A DNA stretch of 64,000 nt from a virus (IMGVR_UViG_3300021425_002620), one strand, 5' to 3'. Shown: positions 28,130 through 37,202, numbered from the stretch's first letter. A program made the numbers and translations. The notes: a model not told the origin generated them from the sequence alone.

Positions 28130-28791
28130 ATTGTCTTCCAAGTATTGCCAGTTGCTTGTTCTCGTCTTGCATGGAAAGTCATTGTCTGCATATTAAAGAT
28201 ATCACCTGTTGAAAAACCATTTATAATGCATTCTGCTAAATGAGATGATGCATTTACTGGGTTAAACATTACGTGATGTTTATCTGCATTAACTGTAGTT
28301 ATATCAAACTTGCTTGAGTTATAACCTATAAATACAGGCGGCGGAAACTCTGTCATACCGTACCAGTTAGCAACAGTGCCAACACCTTTGCTTTTAAAGT
28401 CATCTATCATTTCTTGTGGAACTGGACCGCTTCCTGTAACCATGTATCTTACACAACTCATATCTAAGTCGCGCCATTCGTTATGTTCGGATAATATCTC
28501 CCAATGCCTAGGAATAAGTGCTATATAAGTTGGTTGAAACTCTTTGAACTTTGCTATATAATCTATAGCTTCGAACTTAGCACTTATAAGATTTGCTTTT
28601 GCTAGATAAGCAGGAAACGCAGTTACAGTATAATGTGCTATTGTATTTCCTGGAAATACATCTAGAACTCTGTCGTTGCTTGTAAGCCCTATTTCTTTAA
28701 TAGACAATCTTGCTAGTTCTTCTATCTCGTCCCAGCTGTGTGCAACCTTCTTAGGTGCCTTAGTGGTACCTGATGTAAGTAATGTTAGCAT
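28126..28791 (-). CDS. Minimal AMP-binding (ANL superfamily) adenylation protein
   Basis: LLTSGTTKAPK (A3), WYGMTE (A5), STGDIF (A7); lacks the usual N-terminal subdomain and the C-terminal lid. Confidence 0.7.
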   Translation of the reverse strand: MLTLLTSGTTKAPKKVAHSWDEIEELARLSIKEIGLTSNDRVLDVFPGNTIAHYTVTAFPAYLAKANLISAKFEAIDYIAKFKEFQPTYIALIPRHWEILSEHNEWRDLDMSCVRYMVTGSGPVPQEMIDDFKSKGVGTVANWYGMTEFPPPVFIGYNSSKFDITTVNADKHHVMFNPVNASSHLAECIINGFSTGDIFNMQTMTFHARREQATGNTWKTI

Positions 28792-28810
28792 ATTATTGTT
28801 TATCCGTCAC

Positions 28811-28837
28811 AAAAAAAGCCAATAGTTAAATTGGCTT
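28811..28837 (-). terminator. Rho-independent terminator after the fibre gene
   Basis: 8-bp perfect stem aagccaat/attggctt, 6-nt loop, followed on the minus strand by T7. Confidence 0.75.
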
Positions 28838-28852
28838 AATTTTAAGATTGTA

Positions 28853-30016
28853 TTAGTATAAATTGTTCCAAGAAGTGCCATCATACCCTTGGTGCTTTGC
28901 AACATCAGTTACAAACACTATCATGCCTGCAACCGGTGATGTGATAGCTGCGTCTCTTGCAGTAGCATCAGCATATGTACCCGGAGTAACAGGTCCTGGT
29001 GCTACAAACTGGCCAATGTGATCCATTGAAAAAATATTAATACCTGTGCCGCCAGCATTTGTAATAACGTTGAAACTAGATGAAGGATTAGTATCTGCCA
29101 TGTTTGCACTAGAGTCAAAACGTGCAGATGCTACAACTGCATTTAGAGTGCCGTTTAAACCTGTTTTATAACTTGATATTTTCCAGCCACCTATATAATC
29201 ACCTGCTACTAAATCTGTAGGTGTTTCTAAAGAACCTTTTACAGAATTAAAGTCTACATACGAAAATCCACCTAAACTGCCTGTAGATACTGACGTAATT
29301 TGTAATGGTATTCTGTTACTATTGTTTATAAAAATAGGCTCATCGGCTAGACCTGGAGTAATTACATTCGTAACAAGATTGTCTATATCTATTGTATCGC
29401 TAGTAGAGTCAAATATTAATTTAGTTCTATCAGCAGTATACAGTGATCCTGCTAATGAACCATCTGACGAATCAATTATTTTAGCATCTTCTATGGCATT
29501 ATATACATCAGCAATAACTCTACCTGTAGTTCCATTGATAATTTGTGTGCCACCGTCTGCGGTATAGACATCACCAAATGTAGTACCGTCGATACTTATT
29601 GGATAAGTTGCACCTTCTACTAATCCAGTGCCTGCTACAGAGTTATCATCACCAGGAACAAACTTTGTACCGTCCCATTTTAAAACTTGACCAACAGTTG
29701 CAGGAGTTGAAAGGTCTACGTCTGATAGTGCGTCGATGCTTTTGTCGTCTAGTTTTGTAGGATCGCCTGGTACAAATGCAGTATTACCAGCATCGTATAC
29801 TAGTCCTTGTCCGCCTACAGGTGGTGCAAGCACTGTTACGTCTGTTAAATCATTTAGTGCTAGTTCGTTATTTGCAATGTCAACTGCAACACCGCCTGGT
29901 GTTGTTCCATCGCCAACATATAATTTGCTTGTGTCAGTATCCCATACTGGCTCACCAACTTCTGGAGTGTATCCAGTGCGTTGAGCTGTGGTACCTCTTA
30001 ATACTTTTAATGCCAT
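28853..30016 (-). CDS. Virion fibre/structural protein with Mtd-N-like N-terminal domain
   Basis: N-terminal LRGTTAQR..YTP.VGEP.WDTDT.KLYVGDG.T.GG motif typical of phage fibre proteins; LNDLTDV/IDALSDV repeats; G/T/D/S-rich. Confidence 0.65.
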   Translation of the reverse strand: MALKVLRGTTAQRTGYTPEVGEPVWDTDTSKLYVGDGTTPGGVAVDIANNELALNDLTDVTVLAPPVGGQGLVYDAGNTAFVPGDPTKLDDKSIDALSDVDLSTPATVGQVLKWDGTKFVPGDDNSVAGTGLVEGATYPISIDGTTFGDVYTADGGTQIINGTTGRVIADVYNAIEDAKIIDSSDGSLAGSLYTADRTKLIFDSTSDTIDIDNLVTNVITPGLADEPIFINNSNRIPLQITSVSTGSLGGFSYVDFNSVKGSLETPTDLVAGDYIGGWKISSYKTGLNGTLNAVVASARFDSSANMADTNPSSSFNVITNAGGTGINIFSMDHIGQFVAPGPVTPGTYADATARDAAITSPVAGMIVFVTDVAKHQGYDGTSWNNLY

Positions 30017-30059
30017 TTTTAATTAACTCCTGATAACCTTTGACAGTTCTTCTATACTG

Positions 30060-30066
30060 TATTTAT
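30060..30066 (-). promoter_or_regulatory. T4-type late promoter box for the fibre gene
   Basis: ATAAATA in the intergenic gap, followed by leader with AGGAG. Confidence 0.6.
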
Positions 30067-30079
30067 GCCAAACAGGAAA

Positions 30080-30400
30080 TTATTTTCTCTTCTTCATAAA
30101 TTGTCTAGTGCGTTTTTGAACATCGCGTTTTACTTTATCAATATTAACTATAAAGTTAACACCTTTTATAGCGTCTTCGTATTCTTCAAAAAGCTCTTCT
30201 AGTGTTGCTTCTAGTTCGTCAGCACCGCGTTGATCTGAAGTGGCACGTGGGTCTACATCAACAACCCACGTATTACCATCATCAAAATGCACTTCTACTG
30301 CTTTAATATATTGAACAGGTACTACTTCCACGTCAATAGATTCGAGTACTTCTGGCCATTTTTTGATAATATCTTTCGCAAATTTACCTTTATTAGCCAC
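30080..30400 (-). CDS. Hypothetical protein
   Basis: 106-aa ORF in co-oriented gene run, overlaps upstream stop. Confidence 0.7.
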   Translation of the reverse strand: MANKGKFAKDIIKKWPEVLESIDVEVVPVQYIKAVEVHFDDGNTWVVDVDPRATSDQRGADELEATLEELFEEYEDAIKGVNFIVNIDKVKRDVQKRTRQFMKKRK

Positions 30401-30995
30401 CGCTCGCAGTCTTCGCTTTGGCTTTCTTAGTTGGGACCAGCTCTTCGGCCTGCTCTCTTAGGCGCTTTGCTTCTTTAAACATTGCGTCAGCCTGCGAACG
30501 AAATTGAGCAGCAAGATCTTCGTCTGATAGGACACCAGTTGGTGCATCAGTTTCTCCTGTTGATACACTTTGAACACTTGCTTCTGTTGAAGCTGTTTCA
30601 GTAGAGCCACTAGACATAGCTAAATCTGCAACAGTTACACCTTGTTGTTCTGCTACAAGTTGGTTAAGTTCTGCTAGAACAATACTTGATTGCATGTTTG
30701 GTGTTACTTCAATATCAGTAGTAGGAACTTTAGTTAGTTTACCCATTTTATCAAATTGTACTAACATGTTTCTACCATCAGGCAAACGTGTTCTAAACAT
30801 TGCATCAGCAAGTTCTTTTGCATTTTGACCTGTATTGCTTTCAATCAACTGCATTAGTGATTGATGATCGGGTGAGTCTAAAGTATCAGTATAGACTACT
30901 AAGCAATGATCAGGATCATTAGGCACAACTCTATATGCTATTGCACATTTACGTTGACCTTTAACTGATCTTCCTACGTGTTTTAAATCTGCCAT
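30393..30995 (-). CDS. Hypothetical protein
   Basis: 200-aa ORF, GGAA/GGGG RBS, co-oriented. Confidence 0.75.
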   Translation of the reverse strand: MADLKHVGRSVKGQRKCAIAYRVVPNDPDHCLVVYTDTLDSPDHQSLMQLIESNTGQNAKELADAMFRTRLPDGRNMLVQFDKMGKLTKVPTTDIEVTPNMQSSIVLAELNQLVAEQQGVTVADLAMSSGSTETASTEASVQSVSTGETDAPTGVLSDEDLAAQFRSQADAMFKEAKRLREQAEELVPTKKAKAKTASGG

Positions 30996-30997
30996 AA

Positions 30998-31246
30998 TTA
31001 TTCCCCTTGTGGAGCACCTTCACCTTGTGCTTCAGCGGCTGCTGCCTGCTGTTCTGCTACTGCATTTAAAAATGCTTCTAGCTTAGTGTATAGTGTACCA
31101 ACAGTTGTCATTTCGTTTGGTTTAAATGCACCACGCTGACTTGCTACATCAATCACTGATTTCATTGCAGTTAGATCTTGAATAGTAAGATCTGGAGATT
31201 GTTGTGCTTCTGCTTCTGGTGCGGTTTGAGTTTGCTGTTCGCTCAT
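30998..31246 (-). CDS. Hypothetical protein
   Basis: 82-aa ORF with AAGGAG RBS. Confidence 0.75.
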   Translation of the reverse strand: MSEQQTQTAPEAEAQQSPDLTIQDLTAMKSVIDVASQRGAFKPNEMTTVGTLYTKLEAFLNAVAEQQAAAAEAQGEGAPQGE

Positions 31247-31285
31247 ATTAAATTTCTCCTTTGTTAATAATATATATGCGCAGTT

Positions 31286-31292
31286 TATTTAT
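31286..31292 (-). promoter_or_regulatory. T4-type late promoter box
   Basis: ATAAATA overlapping the stop of 31289..31567, leader with AAGGAG. Confidence 0.5.
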
Positions 31293-31567
31293 TTGTACTT
31301 CAAATGTGGACATGCCAACATGAAATAACTTGCTTCTTTTGGTTCTTCAAAACCAATTTTTATTACGTTAGTAATGCTACCGCTTTTTAAGTCGACATCT
31401 TTACTAACATAAAATCTTCCTTTTAAGTTTTCTTTAATCCATCTTGCTAAACTGTGTTCTATGTTGTAGACTGGCTCAACTGTAGTGACTTCGAAATGAG
31501 GCGGACAAAGATCTAATTGCCTCATTTCTAAAAAGTCTAATGGGTTTGGTTCTCGTTTTTTATTCAT
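31289..31567 (-). CDS. Hypothetical protein
   Basis: 92-aa ORF overlapping upstream stop. Confidence 0.7.
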   Translation of the reverse strand: MNKKREPNPLDFLEMRQLDLCPPHFEVTTVEPVYNIEHSLARWIKENLKGRFYVSKDVDLKSGSITNVIKIGFEEPKEASYFMLACPHLKYK

Positions 31568-32879
31568 GCGTTAAATCATAGTGTGCAGTTTGTCCAAATG
31601 GTGCCTGTACGTTTTTATCATGATGACTGTGAATAACAAAAATAGTATCGCAGTAGTCTGGGTCTCCCCAACTATCCCATGCATAGCCGTCTGTGAACAT
31701 AATGAACTTCTTGGGCTGGATATCATTTTCTTTCATGTATTCCCAATTGGCCATAAAGTCAGTGCCGCCACCGCCTTTAATTTCGTACTCCATTAAGTCT
31801 CGACCATCGTCTGAGCTAAAATCATCTTCGTTGTAAACTGCGGTATCAAAACACCAAATTTTAATTTTGTAGTCTTGATATTCTTCCATAATACCTTTAA
31901 CTTCGCCTAAGAAATCTTCAGCTTGTTTGTTGCCAATAGATCCGCTCATATCGATACCAATTGCAATATCAATAGTATCTTGAAAATTTTGTCCTGGAAG
32001 TATTGCACCTGTGTGCCAGCCTTTGCGATTTGGACGAGCAAAACTAAAGTCATGCTTAATTGTGCTTTGGATTTGCATACGAAGTAGCTCACGCCAATTC
32101 ATTTTAGGTTCAGTAAGCTCTTTAATCATACGCATAACACCTGCTGGAGTATTTCCTGCACCAGCAGTTTGTGCCGCACTGATCATGTTTTCTTTGATCT
32201 CATCACGTATCTTTTTTAAATCATCTTTGCTATACTTAGGCTTCTTTTTGCTAACGGCATTACCGTTTCCATCTTTACTGTCTTCGCCTTCGTTGCTTCC
32301 TTCTCCGTCACCTTCGTTCCAGTCAAGGTGTTCGTCGAGCAATTCGCCTAATGCGTTTAACTGTTCTTCGTCATACTTTTCAAAAAGATCTTCATATACT
32401 TCTTCCGAAGTCCAATTTTCATATTTAAAGTCTTGGTAGCACTCTACAATTTTAGGCTTAGTACCAATACGATCACGTACTAGTACATTGTTTACAATAT
32501 AGTCTTGTGCAATGTTAGATAGCATAGCATCTAAGTTACGACCTTGCCAAGTTCTACGTTCTAAGTGATCAAATACACAGTGAAGAATTTCGTGTGCAAT
32601 AACAAACTCAATTTCTTTATTATCCATAGCATTAAAGAATTGAGTATTATAGTATAAGTTACGACCGTCTACTGCGGCAGTAGGACACCAATCATCTGCT
32701 GCCTTAATAGTAAGACGTGTTGCCATATTACCAAAAAATGGGTGACGTAGTAACAAACCTACTCGGGCAATAACAATGCGATCGTATACTTCTACTCGCA
32801 TTTCATCTAGTTGTTCGGGGGTAATATTGGGGTCAGGTTGCCAATTCTTTTTGCCAATTTCTTGTGTACTAGTGCCCAT
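31560..32879 (-). CDS. VWA-domain protein with N-terminal HExxH metallopeptidase-like domain (DUF2201-type)
   Basis: FVIAHEILH zincin motif; acidic Gly-rich linker; MIDAS IDMSGS, GGGGTDF, IMFTDG. Confidence 0.85.
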   Translation of the reverse strand: MGTSTQEIGKKNWQPDPNITPEQLDEMRVEVYDRIVIARVGLLLRHPFFGNMATRLTIKAADDWCPTAAVDGRNLYYNTQFFNAMDNKEIEFVIAHEILHCVFDHLERRTWQGRNLDAMLSNIAQDYIVNNVLVRDRIGTKPKIVECYQDFKYENWTSEEVYEDLFEKYDEEQLNALGELLDEHLDWNEGDGEGSNEGEDSKDGNGNAVSKKKPKYSKDDLKKIRDEIKENMISAAQTAGAGNTPAGVMRMIKELTEPKMNWRELLRMQIQSTIKHDFSFARPNRKGWHTGAILPGQNFQDTIDIAIGIDMSGSIGNKQAEDFLGEVKGIMEEYQDYKIKIWCFDTAVYNEDDFSSDDGRDLMEYEIKGGGGTDFMANWEYMKENDIQPKKFIMFTDGYAWDSWGDPDYCDTIFVIHSHHDKNVQAPFGQTAHYDLTHE

Positions 32880-32912
32880 GTGCTATGTCCTCTTTTCTAA
32901 CTTTATATGTAT

Positions 32913-32940
32913 ATTATACATTATTTACAGAATTTGTCAA
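32913..32940 (-). promoter_or_regulatory. sigma70-type promoter with nested TAAATA box
   Basis: TTGACA (32940-32935), 16 bp, TATAAT (32918-32913); TAAATA at 32927-32922. Confidence 0.7.
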
Positions 32941-32942
32941 CC

Positions 32943-32978
32943 ATAAAAATAAGGGCGAGCTCAAAAGAACCCGCCCTT
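32943..32978 (-). terminator. Rho-independent terminator between the MoxR and VWA genes
   Basis: Minus-strand AAGGGCGGGTTC-TTTT-GAGCTCGCCCTT 12-bp stem (two G-U pairs) followed by ATTTTTAT. Confidence 0.8.
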
Positions 32979-32985
32979 ACCGTTC

Positions 32986-34071
32986 TTAGTTTTGAGCGGC
33001 TTTAATGTACTTTCCATATCGATCGTGGAACTCATCAAAACACTCAATTGCATCTGGATCAATTGGAAGACCGTATTGTGTAAGAGCAAGTTTAATACCC
33101 ATAACTACCAATTCAGTTTCAAAATTATCCATGCTAAAGCGTAAGAAATTGTTGACTTTATCGTCAAAGTTCTTATCTTTCTTAGCTTCTGCTTCTTGCA
33201 GTTCGTAGCAGAGAGACACTGTTAAGGAATACATAGCACTGATTTCTTTAGTATCCATCTCCTTAACCTTACCTGCAAGAATGTCAGTTGGGTTAGGCAT
33301 CTGCGACGCAACTTTACGGTGCGCCATAAACTTGACAGCCAGACCTTCACCAACCGAGCCACTTACTAAATCAGTAAGTGTGTTTTCGTCTAAGTCATCT
33401 TCAAGTAGTTCAGAAACAAACGACCAAGAACGAGGCGTTGCAAAAGAACGTGAAGGTGATTTAGGATCGAAATCGTATAGGTCCTTTTTAGCAAACTGTA
33501 AGTAACCTACAACATCTTTATGAATTTTATTTTCAGTAGCCCACTGGAACCAGTCATCAAAATTAACAGCAAGTTCTAAGTGAACAAAACGATTAGCAAG
33601 CGGAGCAGGCATACGATATGTAACACCCTTGTCGCTCTCACGGTTACCAGCCGCTACAATCATTACATTGTCGGGCAGTTTATACTGACCTACTCGACGA
33701 TTCAAAATCAACTGATACGCTGCCGCTTGTACAGCAGGTGCCGCCGAGTTCATTTCGTCAAAAAATACCACAATATTATCATATTGCGATGCAAACTCTT
33801 CGTCTGGAAGTTCGCTAGGCGCACCCCAAACCATTTTACCAATATTACTATCAAAATAAGGAATACCTTTAATATCGGTAGGTTCCCAAAGAGATAGTCG
33901 AATGTCAATCAAATGACTGTTAGGTAACATATTGGTAATTTGTGAAACAATATCCGACTTACCAATGCCGGGAGGTCCCCAAAGAAAAATAGGACGCTTC
34001 TTGCTAATAGCATGTCGAATGCTTGCTTTTGCGCCGTTAGGACCAACTGTACGTGTTGCTGTAGCTTCCAT
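32986..34071 (-). CDS. MoxR-like AAA+ ATPase
   Basis: Walker A GPPGIGKS, Walker B VFFDE, AAGNR sensor, FATPRSW. Confidence 0.9.
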   Translation of the reverse strand: MEATATRTVGPNGAKASIRHAISKKRPIFLWGPPGIGKSDIVSQITNMLPNSHLIDIRLSLWEPTDIKGIPYFDSNIGKMVWGAPSELPDEEFASQYDNIVVFFDEMNSAAPAVQAAAYQLILNRRVGQYKLPDNVMIVAAGNRESDKGVTYRMPAPLANRFVHLELAVNFDDWFQWATENKIHKDVVGYLQFAKKDLYDFDPKSPSRSFATPRSWSFVSELLEDDLDENTLTDLVSGSVGEGLAVKFMAHRKVASQMPNPTDILAGKVKEMDTKEISAMYSLTVSLCYELQEAEAKKDKNFDDKVNNFLRFSMDNFETELVVMGIKLALTQYGLPIDPDAIECFDEFHDRYGKYIKAAQN

Positions 34072-34119
34072 AGTGTATTCCCTCTTGTGAATCAGTGCTT
34101 AATTTCTAACTATGTATAC

Positions 34120-34147
34120 AGTATAGCATCATTGTATTAGATGTCAA
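34120..34147 (-). promoter_or_regulatory. sigma70-type promoter (extended -10) for the MoxR gene
   Basis: TTGACA (34147-34142), 16 bp ending TGC, TATACT (34125-34120). Confidence 0.7.
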
Positions 34148-34164
34148 CCATTTTTTTAAAAAAA

Positions 34165-34548
34165 TTACAAATTTTTTGATCTAGTCATGGCTTTTGTTAA
34201 GCCGTATTTGCGTAAGTCACCGCTAAAAAGAGTAAGTTCAACAGCCTTCTTTTCGTTGGTTACTATGATACTGCGGTTAGTTAAGTAGTATGGACAATCA
34301 ATGAATTGATCTAAAAAAATAATAACTTGTGTAGTTAAAGGCATATCTTTAGGATATGGTACATCATAAGTTGCAAGTTCAATTTCTAATAAAACATCAT
34401 AACCTTCGTCAGTAAGACGTAAACCACCTGCACCTTTATTTCTAGTATTTTTCCACCAAAGTGGCATGTGTTCCTTTACAGACAACTCAGAAGAACTTTT
34501 ACCTAATTGTTTTAAGAAAATCTTAGTATAGGTTTCTTTCCAGTTCAT
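34165..34548 (-). CDS. Hypothetical protein
   Basis: 127-aa ORF, ATGA overlap. Confidence 0.7.
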   Translation of the reverse strand: MNWKETYTKIFLKQLGKSSSELSVKEHMPLWWKNTRNKGAGGLRLTDEGYDVLLEIELATYDVPYPKDMPLTTQVIIFLDQFIDCPYYLTNRSIIVTNEKKAVELTLFSGDLRKYGLTKAMTRSKNL

Positions 34549-34835
34549 TCTTCTGTTACTACCTCTCCTTGTGTAAGTCTTACTACAAGAAAGTCCTTAC
34601 AGTCGAATAAATCGTTTAATTTTTTTGCAAGATTGTGTGCGTGACCAGGATTAGAAAAACTTGTTTTCTTATACTTTGGTCCAGGATAGTTTGTCAGTGA
34701 ATTTGAACTTTTAAGATTAAAAGGTTTATCTTTGTAGAACACAGCCCAGATAGCATCCGCATCTAGTACTTGTTCTGATCTATAATTCTTTTTGTTAATG
34801 TGCTCTAATAGCACCGTTGGCTTTGGTCTGCTCAT
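34545..34835 (-). CDS. Hypothetical protein
   Basis: 96-aa ORF downstream of a late promoter box. Confidence 0.7.
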   Translation of the reverse strand: MSRPKPTVLLEHINKKNYRSEQVLDADAIWAVFYKDKPFNLKSSNSLTNYPGPKYKKTSFSNPGHAHNLAKKLNDLFDCKDFLVVRLTQGEVVTEE

Positions 34836-34836
34836 A

Positions 34837-34874
34837 ATATACGTAATCCTTTAATTAACTACGTATATATTTAT
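34837..34874 (-). promoter_or_regulatory. Late promoter box overlapping a 9-bp hairpin that encloses the RBS
   Basis: ATAAATA (34874-34868); ATATACGTA (34868-34860) and TACGTATAT (34845-34837) are perfect complements flanking AAGGA. Confidence 0.6.
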
Positions 34875-34899
34875 CTCTTTAAACAGTTATCTACGTGCT

Positions 34900-35172
34900 T
34901 TATAATTTGATCGCAAGTAAAAGTAGAATAGCAATCAGAACAATATTTGTAAAAAAGATACCTATTGCTAGAATAGTATGGTACCATATCCATCTAGTCT
35001 TGTATGCATTTTCAATAGATAAGACTTCAGGATCAACATCGTCTTTCATCATATCGATTACATATTTTGTTTCTTTTACCTCTTCTGGCTCCTTCCAAAA
35101 ATTATACCATGCCATAATAAATTCCGTTTTATTCGTCGCCCCAACTGGAGCCTCCGTCCATTTGGACTTCAA
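34900..35172 (-). CDS. Small membrane protein
   Basis: C-terminal hydrophobic stretch ILAIGIFFTNIVLIAILLLLAI; start uncertain. Confidence 0.6.
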   Translation of the reverse strand: MKSKWTEAPVGATNKTEFIMAWYNFWKEPEEVKETKYVIDMMKDDVDPEVLSIENAYKTRWIWYHTILAIGIFFTNIVLIAILLLLAIKL

Positions 35173-35383
35173 TTATTTCTTCTTGTTTTTCTTTATTTGC
35201 TTGCTTAACAAGCTCTTCAAGTTGTCCGTGTAATCTTGACATTACTATACCAAGAGTAAACGCTAGATTCTTAGCAGTTCCAATTTCTAAACGTATTTCT
35301 TTTTGCCTAGAATTTTCTGCACTTTTTACTTGTTGGATAAACTGTTGTAAAGGTGCAGTGTTAAGATCATCGTTTGTTTGCAC
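35129..35383 (-). CDS. Hypothetical protein
   Basis: 84-aa ORF in co-oriented run. Confidence 0.65.
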   Translation of the reverse strand: MQTNDDLNTAPLQQFIQQVKSAENSRQKEIRLEIGTAKNLAFTLGIVMSRLHGQLEELVKQANKEKQEEIIEVQMDGGSSWGDE

Positions 35384-35834
35384 GGCTTAACTCCTGTCTC
35401 ATTTCAAGTTCGGTATTCATAGGTCCTACAAACTCATAACGATCTAACGTAACTAGTTTAGGACAAAAACTTTTAACCCAACCTTTATCAAATTTAATAA
35501 TATAATAACCTGCACAATACAAACTTTTAGACTTTATACTTTTAGTAAACAGCGGCAGTTTACGTTTTACATCATACATTACGTTATAAGGTGATGTGCT
35601 AGTAGGATAGCCGTATACTTCTTTTTGTATTTCAGGTTTTGCACTTTTATCACGCTCGAAGATTGTTTTTCCGAGCTGCTTTTCTAAATCCTTTTTATTG
35701 TCATAAAATGTAATTGCTTCACCTGTAGACAACATAAAGCGATCGTCGTTCATGGATATTGTACCAACACGTTCTCCGTTGTTTTCAACAATCCAAAATT
35801 TATTTTTTAATATTGTTTTTGCTTTAATACTCAT
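35367..35834 (-). CDS. Hypothetical protein
   Basis: 155-aa ORF, ATGA overlap with rnh. Confidence 0.75.
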   Translation of the reverse strand: MSIKAKTILKNKFWIVENNGERVGTISMNDDRFMLSTGEAITFYDNKKDLEKQLGKTIFERDKSAKPEIQKEVYGYPTSTSPYNVMYDVKRKLPLFTKSIKSKSLYCAGYYIIKFDKGWVKSFCPKLVTLDRYEFVGPMNTELEMRQELSRANKR

Positions 35835-36814
35835 TTAGGATACCTCGCTTGTAAAGGTTGTGCATATTGTGCGGCATTGTCTGCAATACGTTGCATATCC
35901 CACTTAGCACAAAACTTCATTAAACGCATACCAACCTGCGAAATATCTTTAGGTTCAACACTTGAAATAGTACTGTCAATTATTTCTCTAATTTCAGCAG
36001 GTTGTGCTGACAAATCACAAAGAGTAACATTACGAGTGTAGTCGTCTAGCACTCGATGTTCTACACCTTCATGATCAGTCCAACGCTGTAACATCATGTT
36101 ATTCCAATTAAAGCCTTTATTGTCTTTATCTTCAAATGCTTCTATAAGACCAACCTTGTTTTTTGTACCTTTTTTACGTACACCTGGATATGCACTGAAT
36201 ACATTATCACTGGTGTCACCACGCATACATTTTTCAAATAGCATAAATTCAGGATTAGGTGCAGGTTTTACTTCTTTAGTTTTTTTATCTACAACAGGCT
36301 TACCTTTGTCATCAAAGTAGCCTTCGTGTGTAATAGTTGTATTAGATACACCATTATACTGTTTAACATTAGGTGCAATAAGTTGTGCAAAGTCACCATC
36401 GGTACTAATAATAACATGATTGTCATTAGGATGTGCTTGCACCCAACCTGCAATCAAATCATCTGCTTCTAGTTGCGGATGACGCATCATTGTACAGTTA
36501 GTCTTAGAGCCAATAAAGTCTTTAAACTCGTCAAAGATCTCCCAAAACACAGTATCTTCTTCTTGCTGTGCAGGAGTCATTGCATCACGAGTTTCTTGTC
36601 GATTGCGCTTGTATGGCTCATAATAGTCCTTGCGCCAACTACGACCTTCTAAACAAAACACAACATGATCTGCACTAAAGTCAGTCCATGCCTTTTTAAC
36701 ACTGTTTAGTGTGATATGTAGTGCCATACCAACTTTAGTATCAATGTCACCACGTACTACGTGACGAGCTCTAAAGAAAGTATTAGCAGTGTCTACAAGT
36801 ATATATGTACTCAT
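35831..36814 (-). CDS. rnh: T4-type RNase H / 5'-3' exonuclease (FEN-1 family)
   Basis: ILVD, CLEG.SWRK, LEADDLIA, ISTDGDF.QL, GDTSDNV acidic motifs. Confidence 0.9.
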   Translation of the reverse strand: MSTYILVDTANTFFRARHVVRGDIDTKVGMALHITLNSVKKAWTDFSADHVVFCLEGRSWRKDYYEPYKRNRQETRDAMTPAQQEEDTVFWEIFDEFKDFIGSKTNCTMMRHPQLEADDLIAGWVQAHPNDNHVIISTDGDFAQLIAPNVKQYNGVSNTTITHEGYFDDKGKPVVDKKTKEVKPAPNPEFMLFEKCMRGDTSDNVFSAYPGVRKKGTKNKVGLIEAFEDKDNKGFNWNNMMLQRWTDHEGVEHRVLDDYTRNVTLCDLSAQPAEIREIIDSTISSVEPKDISQVGMRLMKFCAKWDMQRIADNAAQYAQPLQARYPK

Positions 36815-36841
36815 TTGTACCTCTTATGTTTAACATAACTT

Positions 36842-36870
36842 ATTATAGTATAAAATTGTATAGATGTCAA
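36842..36870 (-). promoter_or_regulatory. Consensus sigma70-type promoter for rnh
   Basis: TTGACA (36870-36865), 17 bp, TATAAT (36847-36842). Confidence 0.85.
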
Positions 36871-37202
36871 GAAGATCTTTTACCATCAAACACACAAATA
36901 AATTCTAACCAAAATGGACCTTCTTTATTATATACCTTATGGAATGCATTGTCTTCAATAAGTACAATGTCTCCTTCTTTAACATCAAAGATCTCATGGT
37001 TAACTTCCATTTGACCTTGGCCTTTTGTAAATATATAAACTTCTTCTTGTCCAGCGTGTCGATGGCCGTTTGTTTCTTGTCCTGCTCGTAATCTAGTCTT
37101 ACTTAAAACAAGATTGTTTAATAAGGTGTTATCAAATAGTTGATACTGATCGTTATCTTTAACTAATGTTCCACCTATGTCTTCTATAGAATATTTCTTC
37201 AC
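36867..37202 (-). CDS. Cupin domain protein
   Basis: GHRH..QEEVYIF..G.G ... GDIVLI....HKV.N. Confidence 0.85.
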   Translation of the reverse strand: MKKYSIEDIGGTLVKDNDQYQLFDNTLLNNLVLSKTRLRAGQETNGHRHAGQEEVYIFTKGQGQMEVNHEIFDVKEGDIVLIEDNAFHKVYNKEGPFWLEFICVFDGKRSS

